Below are positions 8,876 to 17,516 of a stretch of 24,000 nt of DNA, in pieces. The notes beneath the pieces were generated by a model. That model searched no databases. It was not told the origin of the DNA and worked only from the letters and a program-made list of their open reading frames with translations. The position numbers were made by a program, and so were the translations under genes. The DNA is from Escherichia coli (GTDB lineage Bacteria; Pseudomonadota; Gammaproteobacteria; Enterobacterales; Enterobacteriaceae): NCBI RefSeq assembly GCF_022493555.1, contig NZ_CP028757.1. One strand, given 5' to 3'. Every line of letters starts with the position of its first letter. Position 1 is the stretch's first letter.

Positions 8876-9205
8876 ATGAAACGCTTTCCGCTATTTCTTT
8901 TATTCACCCTGCTCACGCTGTCCACCGTTCCGGCCCAGGCTGATATTATCGACGATACTATTGGTAATATTCAGCAGGCGATTAATGACGCTTATAACCC
9001 TGACCGTGGGCGAGACTATGAAGATTCGCGCGACGACGGCTGGCAGCGTGAAGTGAGCGACGATCGGCGCAGACAATATGACGACCGCCGCCGCCAGTTT
9101 GAAGATCGCCGCAGGCAGCTGGACGATCGCCAGCGCCAGCTTGATCAGGAGCGTCGGCAACTGGAGGATGAAGAGCGGAGAATGGAAGATGAGTATGGGC
9201 GATGA
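8876..9205 (+). CDS. yjdP: Secreted, highly charged repeat protein of unknown function
   Basis: 109-aa ORF with GAGG 10 nt upstream. Signal peptide MKRFPLFLLFTLLTLSTVPAQA is followed by Asp/Arg/Glu/Gln-rich heptad repeats. Recognised as YjdP. Confidence 0.88.
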   Translation: MKRFPLFLLFTLLTLSTVPAQADIIDDTIGNIQQAINDAYNPDRGRDYEDSRDDGWQREVSDDRRRQYDDRRRQFEDRRRQLDDRQRQLDQERRQLEDEERRMEDEYGR

Positions 9206-9222
9206 GGTTGGGTATGGAGCAG

Positions 9223-9340
9223 GCATCGCCCCTCACCCCAATGGGGAGAGGGAGAAAACGAGCGCAATATTCAATATCGAGCACAATCGGTCCCCTCGCC
9301 CCTCTGGGGAGAGGGTTAGGGTGAGGGGGCCAGCGCGCAC
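9223..9340. repeat. GC-rich composite palindromic intergenic repeat, copy A (Box C-like family, name from memory)
   Basis: The reverse complement aligns by hand to 12936..13069 with about 97 matches in 108 alignable positions and one 10-14 bp indel. Internal hairpins: CCCCTCGCCCC-TCT-GGGGAGAGGG and CCCTCACCCC-AAT-GGGGAGAGGG. It fills the gap between convergent yjdP and phnP. Confidence 0.85.
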
Positions 9341-9351
9341 ATTCCCTCTCA

Positions 9352-10110
9352 TCACGCCACCCCAATCTCCATCCCATCAAACCCCACCTCAAACCCTGAC
9401 GGTAGTGCGTTTTCCATCAGCCACGCATCAAACTGGTGGCTGATATGGGTCAGAATCACCTGTGGCGAGCGGATAACCTGATTCAGCGCAAGCACGGTAT
9501 TTAAATCACAGTGATTACGCGGTGCATCCGCGCGCGGCGGGTGACTGCAATCAATCACCATCACCTGCGGATGATTATTGAGTAAAAATTTCAGCGTTTT
9601 TTCCGGCAGGCCAGCGGTGTCAGACAGCCACGCCACCCGGCTATGTGCCGTTTCCAGCAGATAACCGAAGGTCAGTTTTGAGTGGTTAAGCGGCAGCGGC
9701 GTGACCTGCAACCCCTGCAAATCAAACACCACAAACGGTACCACTGTGTGGCTGAAATCAAGCAGGCCCGGATGTTTAAACAGATCGTCGCAACCCTGGT
9801 CATCCGGCGGGCCGTAAACCGGGATCGGATCGCCAACGCCCCAGCGCAGCGGAAACAGCCCCTGGACGTGATCCATATGATAATGCGTCAGCAAAAACTG
9901 CTGGAACGATCCGGGCGACCAGCGATCGGCGAGATCGTGCAGCCCGGCGTCGATCAGGGTGATTGCGTCGTTAAACTTCACTACGCCGCTGCATGGCTGG
10001 CGGCGATACTGCGGTGAGCGCCGCGCTCGGTCGCAGGCCGCGCACTCGCAGCCCCATGCCGGAACGCCCTGTGCGCCGCCGGTGCCGGTGAGCGTGAGGG
10101 TCAGACTCAT
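9352..10110 (-). CDS. phnP: Phosphoribosyl 1,2-cyclic phosphate phosphodiesterase (MBL fold)
   Basis: 252-aa ORF with HYHMDH metal motif. It is the last gene of the phn operon. Recognised as PhnP. Confidence 0.95.
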   Translation of the reverse strand: MSLTLTLTGTGGAQGVPAWGCECAACDRARRSPQYRRQPCSGVVKFNDAITLIDAGLHDLADRWSPGSFQQFLLTHYHMDHVQGLFPLRWGVGDPIPVYGPPDDQGCDDLFKHPGLLDFSHTVVPFVVFDLQGLQVTPLPLNHSKLTFGYLLETAHSRVAWLSDTAGLPEKTLKFLLNNHPQVMVIDCSHPPRADAPRNHCDLNTVLALNQVIRSPQVILTHISHQFDAWLMENALPSGFEVGFDGMEIGVA

Positions 10111-10111
10111 G

Positions 10112-10546
10112 TTACAGCGCCTTGGTGAAGCGGAAGTGACTCTGCTCGTAGCCTTCTCGCAGATAGAAACGGTGCGCGTCGTGGCGCTTCACGTTGGTCG
10201 AAAGTTCGGTCATTTCGGCCCCGGCCTGGCGGGCTTCTTCTTCTGCCCACGCCAGTAACTTACTGCCGACGTTCAGACCGCGCGCCTGCGGCATTACCAC
10301 CAACTCCTGAATTTCGCCGATCCAGTTGACATGATGCAGATGAAACTGCAAATGCAGGCCGATCATACCGACAACTTCGCCATCCAGCAGCGCCAGATGG
10401 TAGCGCATGTTCGGGTCGCGCAGGTTGGCGTTAAAGCCCACGCGAAACGCGTGGTGGTCAAACTCCGCCTGTTTTAGCTCGCAAATCAACGCGTAAACCG
10501 CGTCGGTGTCGTACTGCGTGGCCGGGCGAAGCTCACAAGCAGGCAT
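10112..10546 (-). CDS. phnO: Aminoalkylphosphonate N-acetyltransferase (GNAT)
   Basis: 144-aa ORF with a GNAT acetyl-CoA motif region ([23 protein letters not shown]). Its start overlaps the phnN end by 14 nt. Confidence 0.95.
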
Positions 10547-11090
10547 GGTGTTTCTCCTTCTGATGGATTAGCGTCAGCAGCGTGTCGACCGACTGGCGCA
10601 GGCTGCCGTCATTATTGAGCGTATGGCAATCCTGTGGAGTATAGCGGGCGGCGCGCGCCAGCCGGGCGTTAATTTCACTGGCGTTTTCGCGGCCACGGTT
10701 TTCCAGGCGCTGGCGCAGGATCTCTGGCGAAACCTGTAAGCAAATGGGCAGCAGCGCCGATTGATAGCGCGCCCGCGCCTGCGGCAGATGGGCGCGTGAG
10801 CCGTTGACCAGCACGTCGAATCCAGCGTGCAGCCAGAGGTCAATCTCGACGCCGACGCCATAATACAGACCGTTAGCGTGCCAGCTTAAGGCCAGCAGAT
10901 TTTGCCCCGCGCGGGTAAAAAACTCCTGCTCGCTCAGGGCGATATGGTTTTCGCTTCCAGCGCTGGCGTCGCGCGTGATGTAGCGATGCGCCACCAGTAG
11001 CTGAGTTTGTTCCCGCAGGCGGAGTTCCGCCAGCAGGCTATCTTTCCCGGAGCCGGACGGCCCCATTAACCAAATCAGTTTTCCCATCAT
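10533..11090 (-). CDS. phnN: Ribose 1,5-bisphosphate phosphokinase
   Basis: 185-aa ORF with P-loop GPSGSGKDS and a guanylate-kinase-like fold. Its ATG shares 1 nt with the phnM stop. Confidence 0.95.
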
Positions 11091-12226
11091 CAGAACACCC
11101 TTTTACCCTGACGCCAGACGTGGTCGATATGAATGTGGTTGCCCTTGCGATGCGCCAGCACCAGGTCGGCGCGTTTACCCTCGCCAATCACCCCGCGATC
11201 CTGGAGATTAAGCGCTTGCGCCGGATTTTTGGTCACCAGCTTCACCGCCTGCGGCAGCGTAAAGCGGTTGCTCTCGTCATCGGCGACGCGGAACGCCGCA
11301 TCCAGCAGGCTGGCGGGGTAGTAGTCGGAAGAGAGGATATCCAGCAGGCCAAGCTGCGCCAGTTCACTGGCCGCCACGTTGCCGGAGTGCGAACCGCCAC
11401 GCACGATATTTGGCGCGCCCATCAGCACGTTCATGCCATGCTTGCGCGAGGCTTCCGCTGCTTCGAACGTAGTGGGAAATTCGGCGATCACGCTGCCAAG
11501 CTGGTGGGATTCGGCAACGTGGGCGTGCGTGGCGTCATCGTGGCTGGCGAGGGCAATTTGTCTTACGCGGCACAGGGCGGCGATAGTTTCGCGATTCGGC
11601 TGCGACCAGCGTGCGGCGAGCGCCAGTTGCTCTTCTTCGTACTGCTGCATCTGCGCATCGGTGAGCGAGTATTTGCCCTGATAATACTCGCGATACTTCT
11701 CGCGGTTGGCGAACTGGCGCTGGCCCGGCGAGTGATCCATCAGCGACACCAGCGTCACCGGCTCGCGCTGCACCAGTTTTTCAAACAGCGGCAGTGTGGT
11801 GTGATGCGGCAGTTCGCAGCGCAGGTGCAGGCGGTGCTCGGCGCGGTTGACGCCGCGTTTTTGCGTCTCTTCGATGGCGTTGATCATCTTCTCCAGATTC
11901 TCCAGCCGATCGCCGCCGTCGCGCACGTCGCCAATCGCCACGGCGTCCAGTACGGTGGTGATGCCGCTTGCCACCATCAGCGCGTCGTGGCTGCTCATCG
12001 CCGAATGGGCGGGCCAGTCGACTTTCGGGCGCGGGGTGAAGAATTTATCGAGGTTGTCGGTATGCAGCTCAATCAGGCCGGGTAGTAGCCAGCCACCTTC
12101 GCCGTCCATCGCTTCTGGCAGGCGGCTCTGGCTTTCGGCAAAGGCGCGGATTTCGCCATCCTGCACCTCCAGCGAACCGTGCACCACCTCGTTTTCCAGC
12201 ACCAGCTTAACGTTATTGATAATCAT
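11090..12226 (-). CDS. phnM: Alpha-D-ribose 1-methylphosphonate 5-triphosphate diphosphatase (amidohydrolase superfamily)
   Basis: 378-aa ORF with an HTD metal-binding motif near the N-terminus (LIELHTDNL). ATGA overlap with phnL. Confidence 0.95.
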   Translation of the reverse strand: MIINNVKLVLENEVVHGSLEVQDGEIRAFAESQSRLPEAMDGEGGWLLPGLIELHTDNLDKFFTPRPKVDWPAHSAMSSHDALMVASGITTVLDAVAIGDVRDGGDRLENLEKMINAIEETQKRGVNRAEHRLHLRCELPHHTTLPLFEKLVQREPVTLVSLMDHSPGQRQFANREKYREYYQGKYSLTDAQMQQYEEEQLALAARWSQPNRETIAALCRVRQIALASHDDATHAHVAESHQLGSVIAEFPTTFEAAEASRKHGMNVLMGAPNIVRGGSHSGNVAASELAQLGLLDILSSDYYPASLLDAAFRVADDESNRFTLPQAVKLVTKNPAQALNLQDRGVIGEGKRADLVLAHRKGNHIHIDHVWRQGKRVF

Positions 12227-12903
12227 GAAGAGGCTCCCATTGGGTGCAGGCGGTCGGCGACGTCATTACGTACAGCTTCGTCATGGAAGATGCCGACGAT
12301 GGCTGCGCCACGGGCTTTGGCTTCGTGAATCAGTTCCACCACCGCGGCGCTGTTTTTGGCGTCCAGCGAGGCGGTAGGTTCGTCGAGCAGCAGAATGGGG
12401 TAGTCGACGATAAAGCCGCGGGCGATGTTGACGCGCTGCTGTTCGCCGCCGGAGAAGGTCGATGGTGCCAGGTGCCACAGGCGTTCCGGCACGTTCAGGC
12501 GGGTGAGAAGACGCGCGGCTTTAGCGGCGCAGGCTTCACGCGGAACGCCGGTATCGAGCAGCGGCTGCATCACCACTTCCAGTGCTGAGATACGCGGGAT
12601 GACGCGCAGAAACTGGCTCACCCAGCCGATGGTAGTTTTGCGGATCTCCACCACTTTGCGCGCTGGCGCGGTGACCAGGTCTACCCATTCGTCACCGTGT
12701 TTGATCTGGATTTGCCCTTCGTCGGGCAGATAGTTGGCGTACAGCGAGCGTAGCAGAGTTGATTTGCCGCTGCCGGAATGGCCGTGGAGCACCACGCATT
12801 CACCTGCGTTGACGGTGAGCGAGGCGCGTTGTAAGACGGGCAGGCGCACGCCGTTTTGCTGGTGCAGGATGAAGGTTTTACTGACGTTTTGTACGTTAAT
12901 CAT
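12223..12903 (-). CDS. phnL: C-P lyase accessory ABC-type ATPase subunit (RPnTP synthase component)
   Basis: The ORF extends to 12945, but the ATG at 12901-12903 ([11 protein letters not shown]...) has GAGG upstream and gives 226 aa. Walker A GHSGSGKS, signature FSGGEQQR, Walker B LLLDEP. Confidence 0.92.
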   Translation of the reverse strand: MINVQNVSKTFILHQQNGVRLPVLQRASLTVNAGECVVLHGHSGSGKSTLLRSLYANYLPDEGQIQIKHGDEWVDLVTAPARKVVEIRKTTIGWVSQFLRVIPRISALEVVMQPLLDTGVPREACAAKAARLLTRLNVPERLWHLAPSTFSGGEQQRVNIARGFIVDYPILLLDEPTASLDAKNSAAVVELIHEAKARGAAIVGIFHDEAVRNDVADRLHPMGASS

Positions 12904-12935
12904 TTTTCGCCTCGTGGTTCGCATATTGGGGAGCG

Positions 12936-13069
12936 GTGCGCGCATTGCCCCTCACCCTAACCCTCTCCCCGAAGGGGCGAGGGGACCGATTGTGCGCGGT
13001 GTTGAATATTGCGCCGGTTTTCTCCCTCTCCCTCCGGGAGAGGGCCGGGGTGAGGGGATCAGCGCGCAC
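12936..13069. repeat. GC-rich composite palindromic repeat, copy B, inside the phn operon between phnK and phnL
   Basis: Two ~65-bp units in inverted orientation. Outer arms GTGCGCGC (12936-43) / GCGCGCAC (13062-69) and CCCCTCACCC / GGGGTGAGGGG. Inner hairpins CCCTCTCCCC-GAA-GGGGCGAGGG (12961-83) and CCCTCTCCC-TCC-GGGAGAGGG (13024-44). Inverted relative to copy A. Confidence 0.88.
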
Positions 13070-13079
13070 GGTGTTGCAT

Positions 13080-13838
13080 TCAATTCTGCAAAACCGATGA
13101 CACCAGCAGTTGTGTATACGGATGGTGCGGGTCGTCGAGCACGCGGTCGGTTAACCCACTCTCCACCACTTGCCCCTGCTTCATCACCAGCAAACGGTCC
13201 GCCAGCAGGCGGGCGACGCCTAAATCGTGGGTGACAATCACTACCGCGAGGTTCAGCTCCACCACCAGGCCGCGCAGCAGGTCGAGCAGGCGTGCCTGTA
13301 CCGACACATCCAGTCCGCCGGTCGGCTCGTCCATAAACACCAGCTTCGGATGCGTCACCAGGTTGCGGGCGATCTGCAAACGTTGCTGCATGCCGCCGGA
13401 AAAGGTGGTCGGCAGGTCGTCGATCCGGTTGGCGGGAATTTCCACCTCTTCCAGCCACTTCTGCGCGGTGGCACGAATATCGCCGTAATGACGTGCCCCG
13501 GTCGCCATCAGCCGCTCGCCGATATTGCCGCCTGCCGACACCTGGCGGCGCAGGCCGTCGAGCGGATGCTGATGCACTACGCCCCATTCGGTGCGCAGCA
13601 GGCGACGGCGGTCGGCCTCGCTCATTGCGTACAGCGAACGGCTCTCATAGTGAATCTCCCCCTGCTGCGGCGTCAGGCGCGCGGAGATTGATTTCAGCAG
13701 CGTGGTCTTCCCGGAGCCGGACTCCCCGACAATGCCCAGCACTTCTCCCGGCCATAAATCAAAAGAGACATCGCTAAAGCCTTTGCCCGGCGCGTAAAGG
13801 TGGGTCAGGTTATTGACCGAAAGTAACGGTTTATTCAT
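13080..13838 (-). CDS. phnK: C-P lyase complex ABC-type ATPase subunit
   Basis: The ORF extends to 13868. The ATG at 13836-13838 (MNKPLLSVNNLTHLY..., 252 aa) forms an ATGA overlap with the phnJ stop. Walker A GESGSGKT, signature FSGGMQQR, Walker B VFMDEP. Confidence 0.93.
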   Translation of the reverse strand: MNKPLLSVNNLTHLYAPGKGFSDVSFDLWPGEVLGIVGESGSGKTTLLKSISARLTPQQGEIHYESRSLYAMSEADRRRLLRTEWGVVHQHPLDGLRRQVSAGGNIGERLMATGARHYGDIRATAQKWLEEVEIPANRIDDLPTTFSGGMQQRLQIARNLVTHPKLVFMDEPTGGLDVSVQARLLDLLRGLVVELNLAVVIVTHDLGVARLLADRLLVMKQGQVVESGLTDRVLDDPHHPYTQLLVSSVLQN

Positions 13839-14680
13839 TGGCTTTTCGCCTCGCTCTGTTGGCGGCAATAATCGGTATCGGAGCAGACAAACATGCGGTT
13901 TCCGGCGTCATCCAGCACCACTTCATCAAGATAGCTGTGGGTCGATCCGCAGATGGCGCATGGCTCATCCCACTGCTGAACGGTGAACGGGTGATCGTCG
14001 AAATCGAGACTTTCCACGCGGGTAAACGGCGGCACCGCATAGATGCGCTTCTCGCGCCCTGCGCCGAACAGCTGCAGGGCGGGCATCATGTCCATTTTTG
14101 GGTTATCGAATTTCGGGATCGGCGACGGGTCCATTACGTAGCGCCCGTTCACCTTCACCGGATAGGCGTAGGTAGTGGCGATATGACCGAAGCGGGCGAT
14201 ATCTTCATACAGTTTCACCTGCATCACGCCGTACTCTTCCAGCGCGTGCATGGTGCGGGTTTCCGTTTCGCGCGGCTCGATAAAGCGCAGCGGTTCCGGG
14301 ATTGGCACCTGGAAGATAATGATCTGATCTTCGGTCAGCGGCGTTTCGGGGATGCGGTGACGCGTCTGGATAAGCGTCGCATCGTCCGTACGTTCAGTGG
14401 TGTTTACCCCGGTCACGCGCTTAAAGAAGTTGCGAATCGACACGGCGTTGGTGGTGTCATCCGCACCCTGGTCAATCACCTTCAGCACGTCGCTTTCGCC
14501 AATCACGCTGGCGGTGAGCTGTATGCCGCCGGTTCCCCAGCCGTATGGCATCGGCATCTCGCGCCCGCCAAACGGCACCTGATAACCGGGGATCGCCACC
14601 GCTTTTAAGATAGCGCGGCGGATCATGCGTTTGGTCTGCTCGTCGAGGTAGGCAAAGTTGTAGCCGCTCAGATTAGCCAT
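13835..14680 (-). CDS. phnJ: Radical-SAM C-P lyase catalytic subunit (alpha-D-ribose 1-methylphosphonate 5-phosphate C-P lyase)
   Basis: The ORF track gives 344 aa. The true start is MANLSGYNFAYLDEQ at 14680 (281 aa), overlapping the phnI end by 8 nt. Cys241/Cys244/Cys266/Cys272 (CAICGS...FVCSDTDYC) and Gly32 fall at the positions known from the literature. Confidence 0.95.
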   Translation of the reverse strand: MANLSGYNFAYLDEQTKRMIRRAILKAVAIPGYQVPFGGREMPMPYGWGTGGIQLTASVIGESDVLKVIDQGADDTTNAVSIRNFFKRVTGVNTTERTDDATLIQTRHRIPETPLTEDQIIIFQVPIPEPLRFIEPRETETRTMHALEEYGVMQVKLYEDIARFGHIATTYAYPVKVNGRYVMDPSPIPKFDNPKMDMMPALQLFGAGREKRIYAVPPFTRVESLDFDDHPFTVQQWDEPCAICGSTHSYLDEVVLDDAGNRMFVCSDTDYCRQQSEAKSQ

Positions 14681-15737
14681 GGTTCTTCTCCTGTTGCAGA
14701 CGTTTGAGTAGCTCCAGTTCGGCCTGGAAATCGACGTAGTGGGGGAGTTTGAGGTGCGAGACAAAGCCTGCGGCTTCGACGTTGTCGGCATGTGCCAGCA
14801 CAAACTCTTCATCCTGCGCCGGGCCTGTCGCGTGCTCGCCGTATTCCGGGGCTTGCAACGCACGGTCAACCAGCGCCATTGCCATCGCTTTGCGCTCGCT
14901 CATGCCGAATACCAGCCCGTAGCCGCGCGTGAAGTGCGGCGGCTCATCCGGCGGGTCGATAAAACCGTTGACCATTTCACATTCGGTCATCAGCAGTTCG
15001 CCGACGTTCACCGCAAATCCCAGCTCTTCCGGCACAATCGACACGTCGATGTAACCACTGCGGATCTCGCCCGCGAACGGGTGATTGCGCCCGTAACCGC
15101 GTTGGGTGGAGTAGGCCAGCGCCAGCAAATAGCCTTCGTCGCCGCGCATCAACTGCTGCAAACGGGAAGAACGTGAGCAGGGGTAAACCGGCGGCGTGCG
15201 GGTGATATCATCCGGCTGTGCGCCGCTATCCTCTTCAAACTTCGCCAGCCCCTGACGCGCCAGCAGGCTGAAAACGTGCGGCGACGGCTGTTGTTCGCTG
15301 TCGGCGGTGGTCAGCGTCGGCGCTTCACCGTTTGCCAGCAGGGTGAAATCGAGCAGGCGATGGGTGTAGTCGTAGGTTGGGCCAAGCAGCTGGCCGCCGG
15401 GAATGTCTTTATAAACCGCCGAAATACGCCGTTCGAGACGCATCTCTGTGGTGTCGAGCGGCTCGCTTACCGCGAGCTTCGCCAGCGTGGTGCGGTAGGC
15501 GCGCAGCAGGAAAATTGCTTCGACGTTATCGCCGCTGGCCTGTTTCAGCGCCAGCGCCGCCAGTTCGCGGTCGGCAATGCCGCCTTCGGTCATCACGCGA
15601 TCCACCGCAAGATTAAGCTGCTGTTCAATCTGGGCGACGCTCAGTTCAGGCAAATCGGTATCGCCCCGGCGTCGGCTCTCTTGCAGGGCGTGAGCGGCGT
15701 CGATCGCCTTCTCGCCCCCTTTCACGGCAACGTACAT
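14673..15737 (-). CDS. phnI: C-P lyase core subunit, RPnTP synthase catalytic component
   Basis: The ORF track gives 394 aa. The true start is [16 protein letters not shown] at 15737 (354 aa), sharing 1 nt with the phnH stop (TGATG). Confidence 0.95.
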   Translation of the reverse strand: MYVAVKGGEKAIDAAHALQESRRRGDTDLPELSVAQIEQQLNLAVDRVMTEGGIADRELAALALKQASGDNVEAIFLLRAYRTTLAKLAVSEPLDTTEMRLERRISAVYKDIPGGQLLGPTYDYTHRLLDFTLLANGEAPTLTTADSEQQPSPHVFSLLARQGLAKFEEDSGAQPDDITRTPPVYPCSRSSRLQQLMRGDEGYLLALAYSTQRGYGRNHPFAGEIRSGYIDVSIVPEELGFAVNVGELLMTECEMVNGFIDPPDEPPHFTRGYGLVFGMSERKAMAMALVDRALQAPEYGEHATGPAQDEEFVLAHADNVEAAGFVSHLKLPHYVDFQAELELLKRLQQEKNHG

Positions 15738-16321
15738 CAGCACACCTCCACATGAGTGGTTCGCGGAATAGCCAGCAGGCGCTCGCCGCAGGTCAGGATC
15801 AGGTCGATGCCGAGCGGGAACGGGTGCGGGCGCTCGGTGAGTTCGTGCAGAATGCACTCCGGCAGCTGCGGAGCGATCATTCGTTCTTCGGCAATGCCCG
15901 CGCCGGTGAGACGTAACATGCGCCCGCCGCTCAGGCTGGCGACCTGTAAAATCAGCGTTGCACCCGCTTCCGGCGCAACGGCGGTGCCGGTGGAAAGGGC
16001 GTTAAGCTGTTCGCTGGAAATCGCCTCATCCGTCACCGCGAAGGTCGCCTGTTCCGGCTGGCTGACCAGCGGCGCGTTGGTATGAAAACGCAGGCTCTGG
16101 CTGACGATATCGTTACTCAATGGCGCGGCAAGCCACACCGGCGTGTCGTTATCGGCCAGCGTCAGCAGCACGCTGGTGGTGGCGATATTCAGCGGCTGCC
16201 AGCCGCGCTTGAGCTGATGCAGGGCGACAATCACGCCCGGCTCGCTCATGGCCTTTAACAGGCGACGAAAACTGTGCTGGGCATCCTGCACGGGAAGCAT
16301 AAAAGCGGTTTCCAGGGTCAT
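15737..16321 (-). CDS. phnH: C-P lyase core subunit
   Basis: 194-aa [32 protein letters not shown]... with an ATGA overlap with phnG. Confidence 0.95.
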   Translation of the reverse strand: MTLETAFMLPVQDAQHSFRRLLKAMSEPGVIVALHQLKRGWQPLNIATTSVLLTLADNDTPVWLAAPLSNDIVSQSLRFHTNAPLVSQPEQATFAVTDEAISSEQLNALSTGTAVAPEAGATLILQVASLSGGRMLRLTGAGIAEERMIAPQLPECILHELTERPHPFPLGIDLILTCGERLLAIPRTTHVEVC

Positions 16322-16770
16322 GCGTTATCTCCGCGAACCATCGTAAAGAAGTCGACCCGGCTGGCGTTCACTTCGGCCTGGCGTGCGGCAATGCGTGCCA
16401 TACGGTCAGCGTCCAGCGGGGCAATAAGGGTTTCTGATAAGTTTTGAAAATAGCGAGATTGCTGCATCAGCGCGTCAATCAGCGCGCAGCGTTCGGCGTG
16501 CTGTTTGTCGCGCCCCAGCACCCAGCTGTAGCCGAGCGTGCCGTCAGTCAGGCGTACGGCGGCGCGGGTGAGCGTGGCGTCGCCGGCAAAAAAGCGTTCG
16601 CCGGTGCCGCCCATCCGCGCCTGAATCTGCACCAGGCCGGTTTCGGCGGCGCGGATAACCTCATAGTCGGCGGTGATGTTCAGCGCGTTCAGGCGGGCTG
16701 CCAGTTCAGCCGGTTGGCTGTGCGCCAGTACGGACATCCAGTGCTGGCGGGTCGCGGTATCTGCGTGCAT
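16318..16770 (-). CDS. phnG: C-P lyase core subunit
   Basis: 150-aa [30 protein letters not shown]... Its start codon abuts the phnF stop (TGAATG). Confidence 0.95.
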   Translation of the reverse strand: MHADTATRQHWMSVLAHSQPAELAARLNALNITADYEVIRAAETGLVQIQARMGGTGERFFAGDATLTRAAVRLTDGTLGYSWVLGRDKQHAERCALIDALMQQSRYFQNLSETLIAPLDADRMARIAARQAEVNASRVDFFTMVRGDNA

Positions 16771-17496
16771 TCAGTGCTCCATAGTGAATTCAATCATGTC
16801 GGCGCGCGTCAGGCTGACGGAGTACTCCGCCGGGCTGCTTTCACCGTCACGGTGGTTAAGGGTGCGCACGCACAGCAGCGGCGACATATTCGGAATTTCA
16901 AGACGCTGGCACTCTTTGGCCTGGGCGCGACGGGCGCTGATCCGCGTCTGGCTGCGGCGCAGCGCAATTCCGGTTTGCTCGCGCAGAAAATCGTGCAGCG
17001 AACCGCTGTCGAAGCGTTGCAGCGTCGGCCAAAGGGTGAGGTCCGCAAAGTAGTGGTCGATTAAACAGAGCGCGACGCCGTTGACGCGACGCAGGGTGCG
17101 CAAATGGATAACGTTCTCGCCCTCGGTAATCCCCAGCGCGTCAGCGACGTGACCGGACGCGGGGCGCAATACCGACAGCAGTTTTTCGCTGGTGGGATGG
17201 CTACCCTGGTCCAGCAGGTTCTGGCTAAAACGCGCCTGGGCGTTGAGCGGGTAATCGAACGGGCGCATCAGCACCAGCACGCCGACGCCCTGACGGCGCT
17301 GTACCCAGCCTTTTTCCACCAGTTGGTCGATGGCGCGGCGCAGGGTGTGGCGGTTCACCTCAAAGCGCGCCGCCAGTTGCTGCTCGGCGGGAAGATAGTC
17401 GCCGCAGCGGTAGTGTTGACGAAGCTCCTGCTCAAGTTTTGCGGCTATCTCCTGATAGCGTGTTGGGTAGCTGGTCGGATGTGTAGACAAGTGCAT
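16771..17496 (-). CDS. phnF: GntR/HutC-family transcriptional repressor of the phn operon
   Basis: The ORF begins at a TTG at 17505. The ATG at 17496 (MHLSTHPTSYPTRYQEIAAKLEQ...) gives 241 aa. It has an N-terminal winged-helix region (LPAEQQLAARFEVNRHTLRRAIDQL) and a UTRA-like C-terminal domain. Confidence 0.92.
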   Translation of the reverse strand: MHLSTHPTSYPTRYQEIAAKLEQELRQHYRCGDYLPAEQQLAARFEVNRHTLRRAIDQLVEKGWVQRRQGVGVLVLMRPFDYPLNAQARFSQNLLDQGSHPTSEKLLSVLRPASGHVADALGITEGENVIHLRTLRRVNGVALCLIDHYFADLTLWPTLQRFDSGSLHDFLREQTGIALRRSQTRISARRAQAKECQRLEIPNMSPLLCVRTLNHRDGESSPAEYSVSLTRADMIEFTMEH

Positions 17497-17516
17497 AGAT
17501 ATCAATGCCTCGCTTA

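Noticed and set aside
8982-9443. ORFs 8982..9392 (minus, 136 aa), 9078..9443 (plus, 121 aa) and 8900..9226 (minus, 108 aa) spanning the yjdP-phnP gap
   Set aside because: They are read through the palindromic repeat (the PHPNPLPRGARGP / [13 protein letters not shown] type peptides are the usual translation artefact of this repeat family). They also overlap yjdP or phnP out of frame.
11120-12085. 321-aa plus-strand ORF, with the nested ORFs 11133..11321, 11379..11681 and 11847..12377
   Set aside because: These are antisense to phnM. The sequences are Arg/Ala/Gly/His-rich and have no domain signature. The minus-strand gene is unambiguous and translationally coupled to its neighbours.
9223-13069. 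Whether the two GC-rich repeats could be a CRISPR array or the ends of a mobile element
   Set aside because: There are only two copies, 3.6 kb apart and in inverted orientation, with no regular spacers and no cas genes. The DNA between them is ordinary phn operon sequence with no transposase, and I saw no target-site duplications. I treat them as dispersed intergenic repeats.
12734-13587. ORFs 12734..13234 (plus, 166 aa) and 12952..13587 (minus, 211 aa) across the phnK-phnL spacer
   Set aside because: These are the same repeat-derived artefact ([17 protein letters not shown]...), out of frame with phnK and phnL, extremely Arg/Pro/Gly-rich and without an SD.
13838-14608. 256-aa plus-strand ORF. 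The same pattern holds for 14739..15176, 15276..15755, 15756..16085, 16444..17064, 17104..17544 and 18582..19259
   Set aside because: All are antisense to recognised phn genes in a GC-rich operon, where the antisense frames are depleted of stop codons. None has an SD or a motif.
14681-14869. 63-codon N-terminal extension of the phnJ ORF. Similar extensions occur on phnI (15738..15857), phnK (13839..13868), phnL (12904..12945), phnE (18297..18359), yjdM (21303..21449), ytcA (6045..6092) and yjcS (8239..8250)
   Set aside because: The extensions run through the upstream gene or through repeat sequence, lack an SD and give Arg/Pro/Ser-rich nonsense. Internal ATGs with an SD or with stop/start overlap reproduce the protein lengths I remember for these families.
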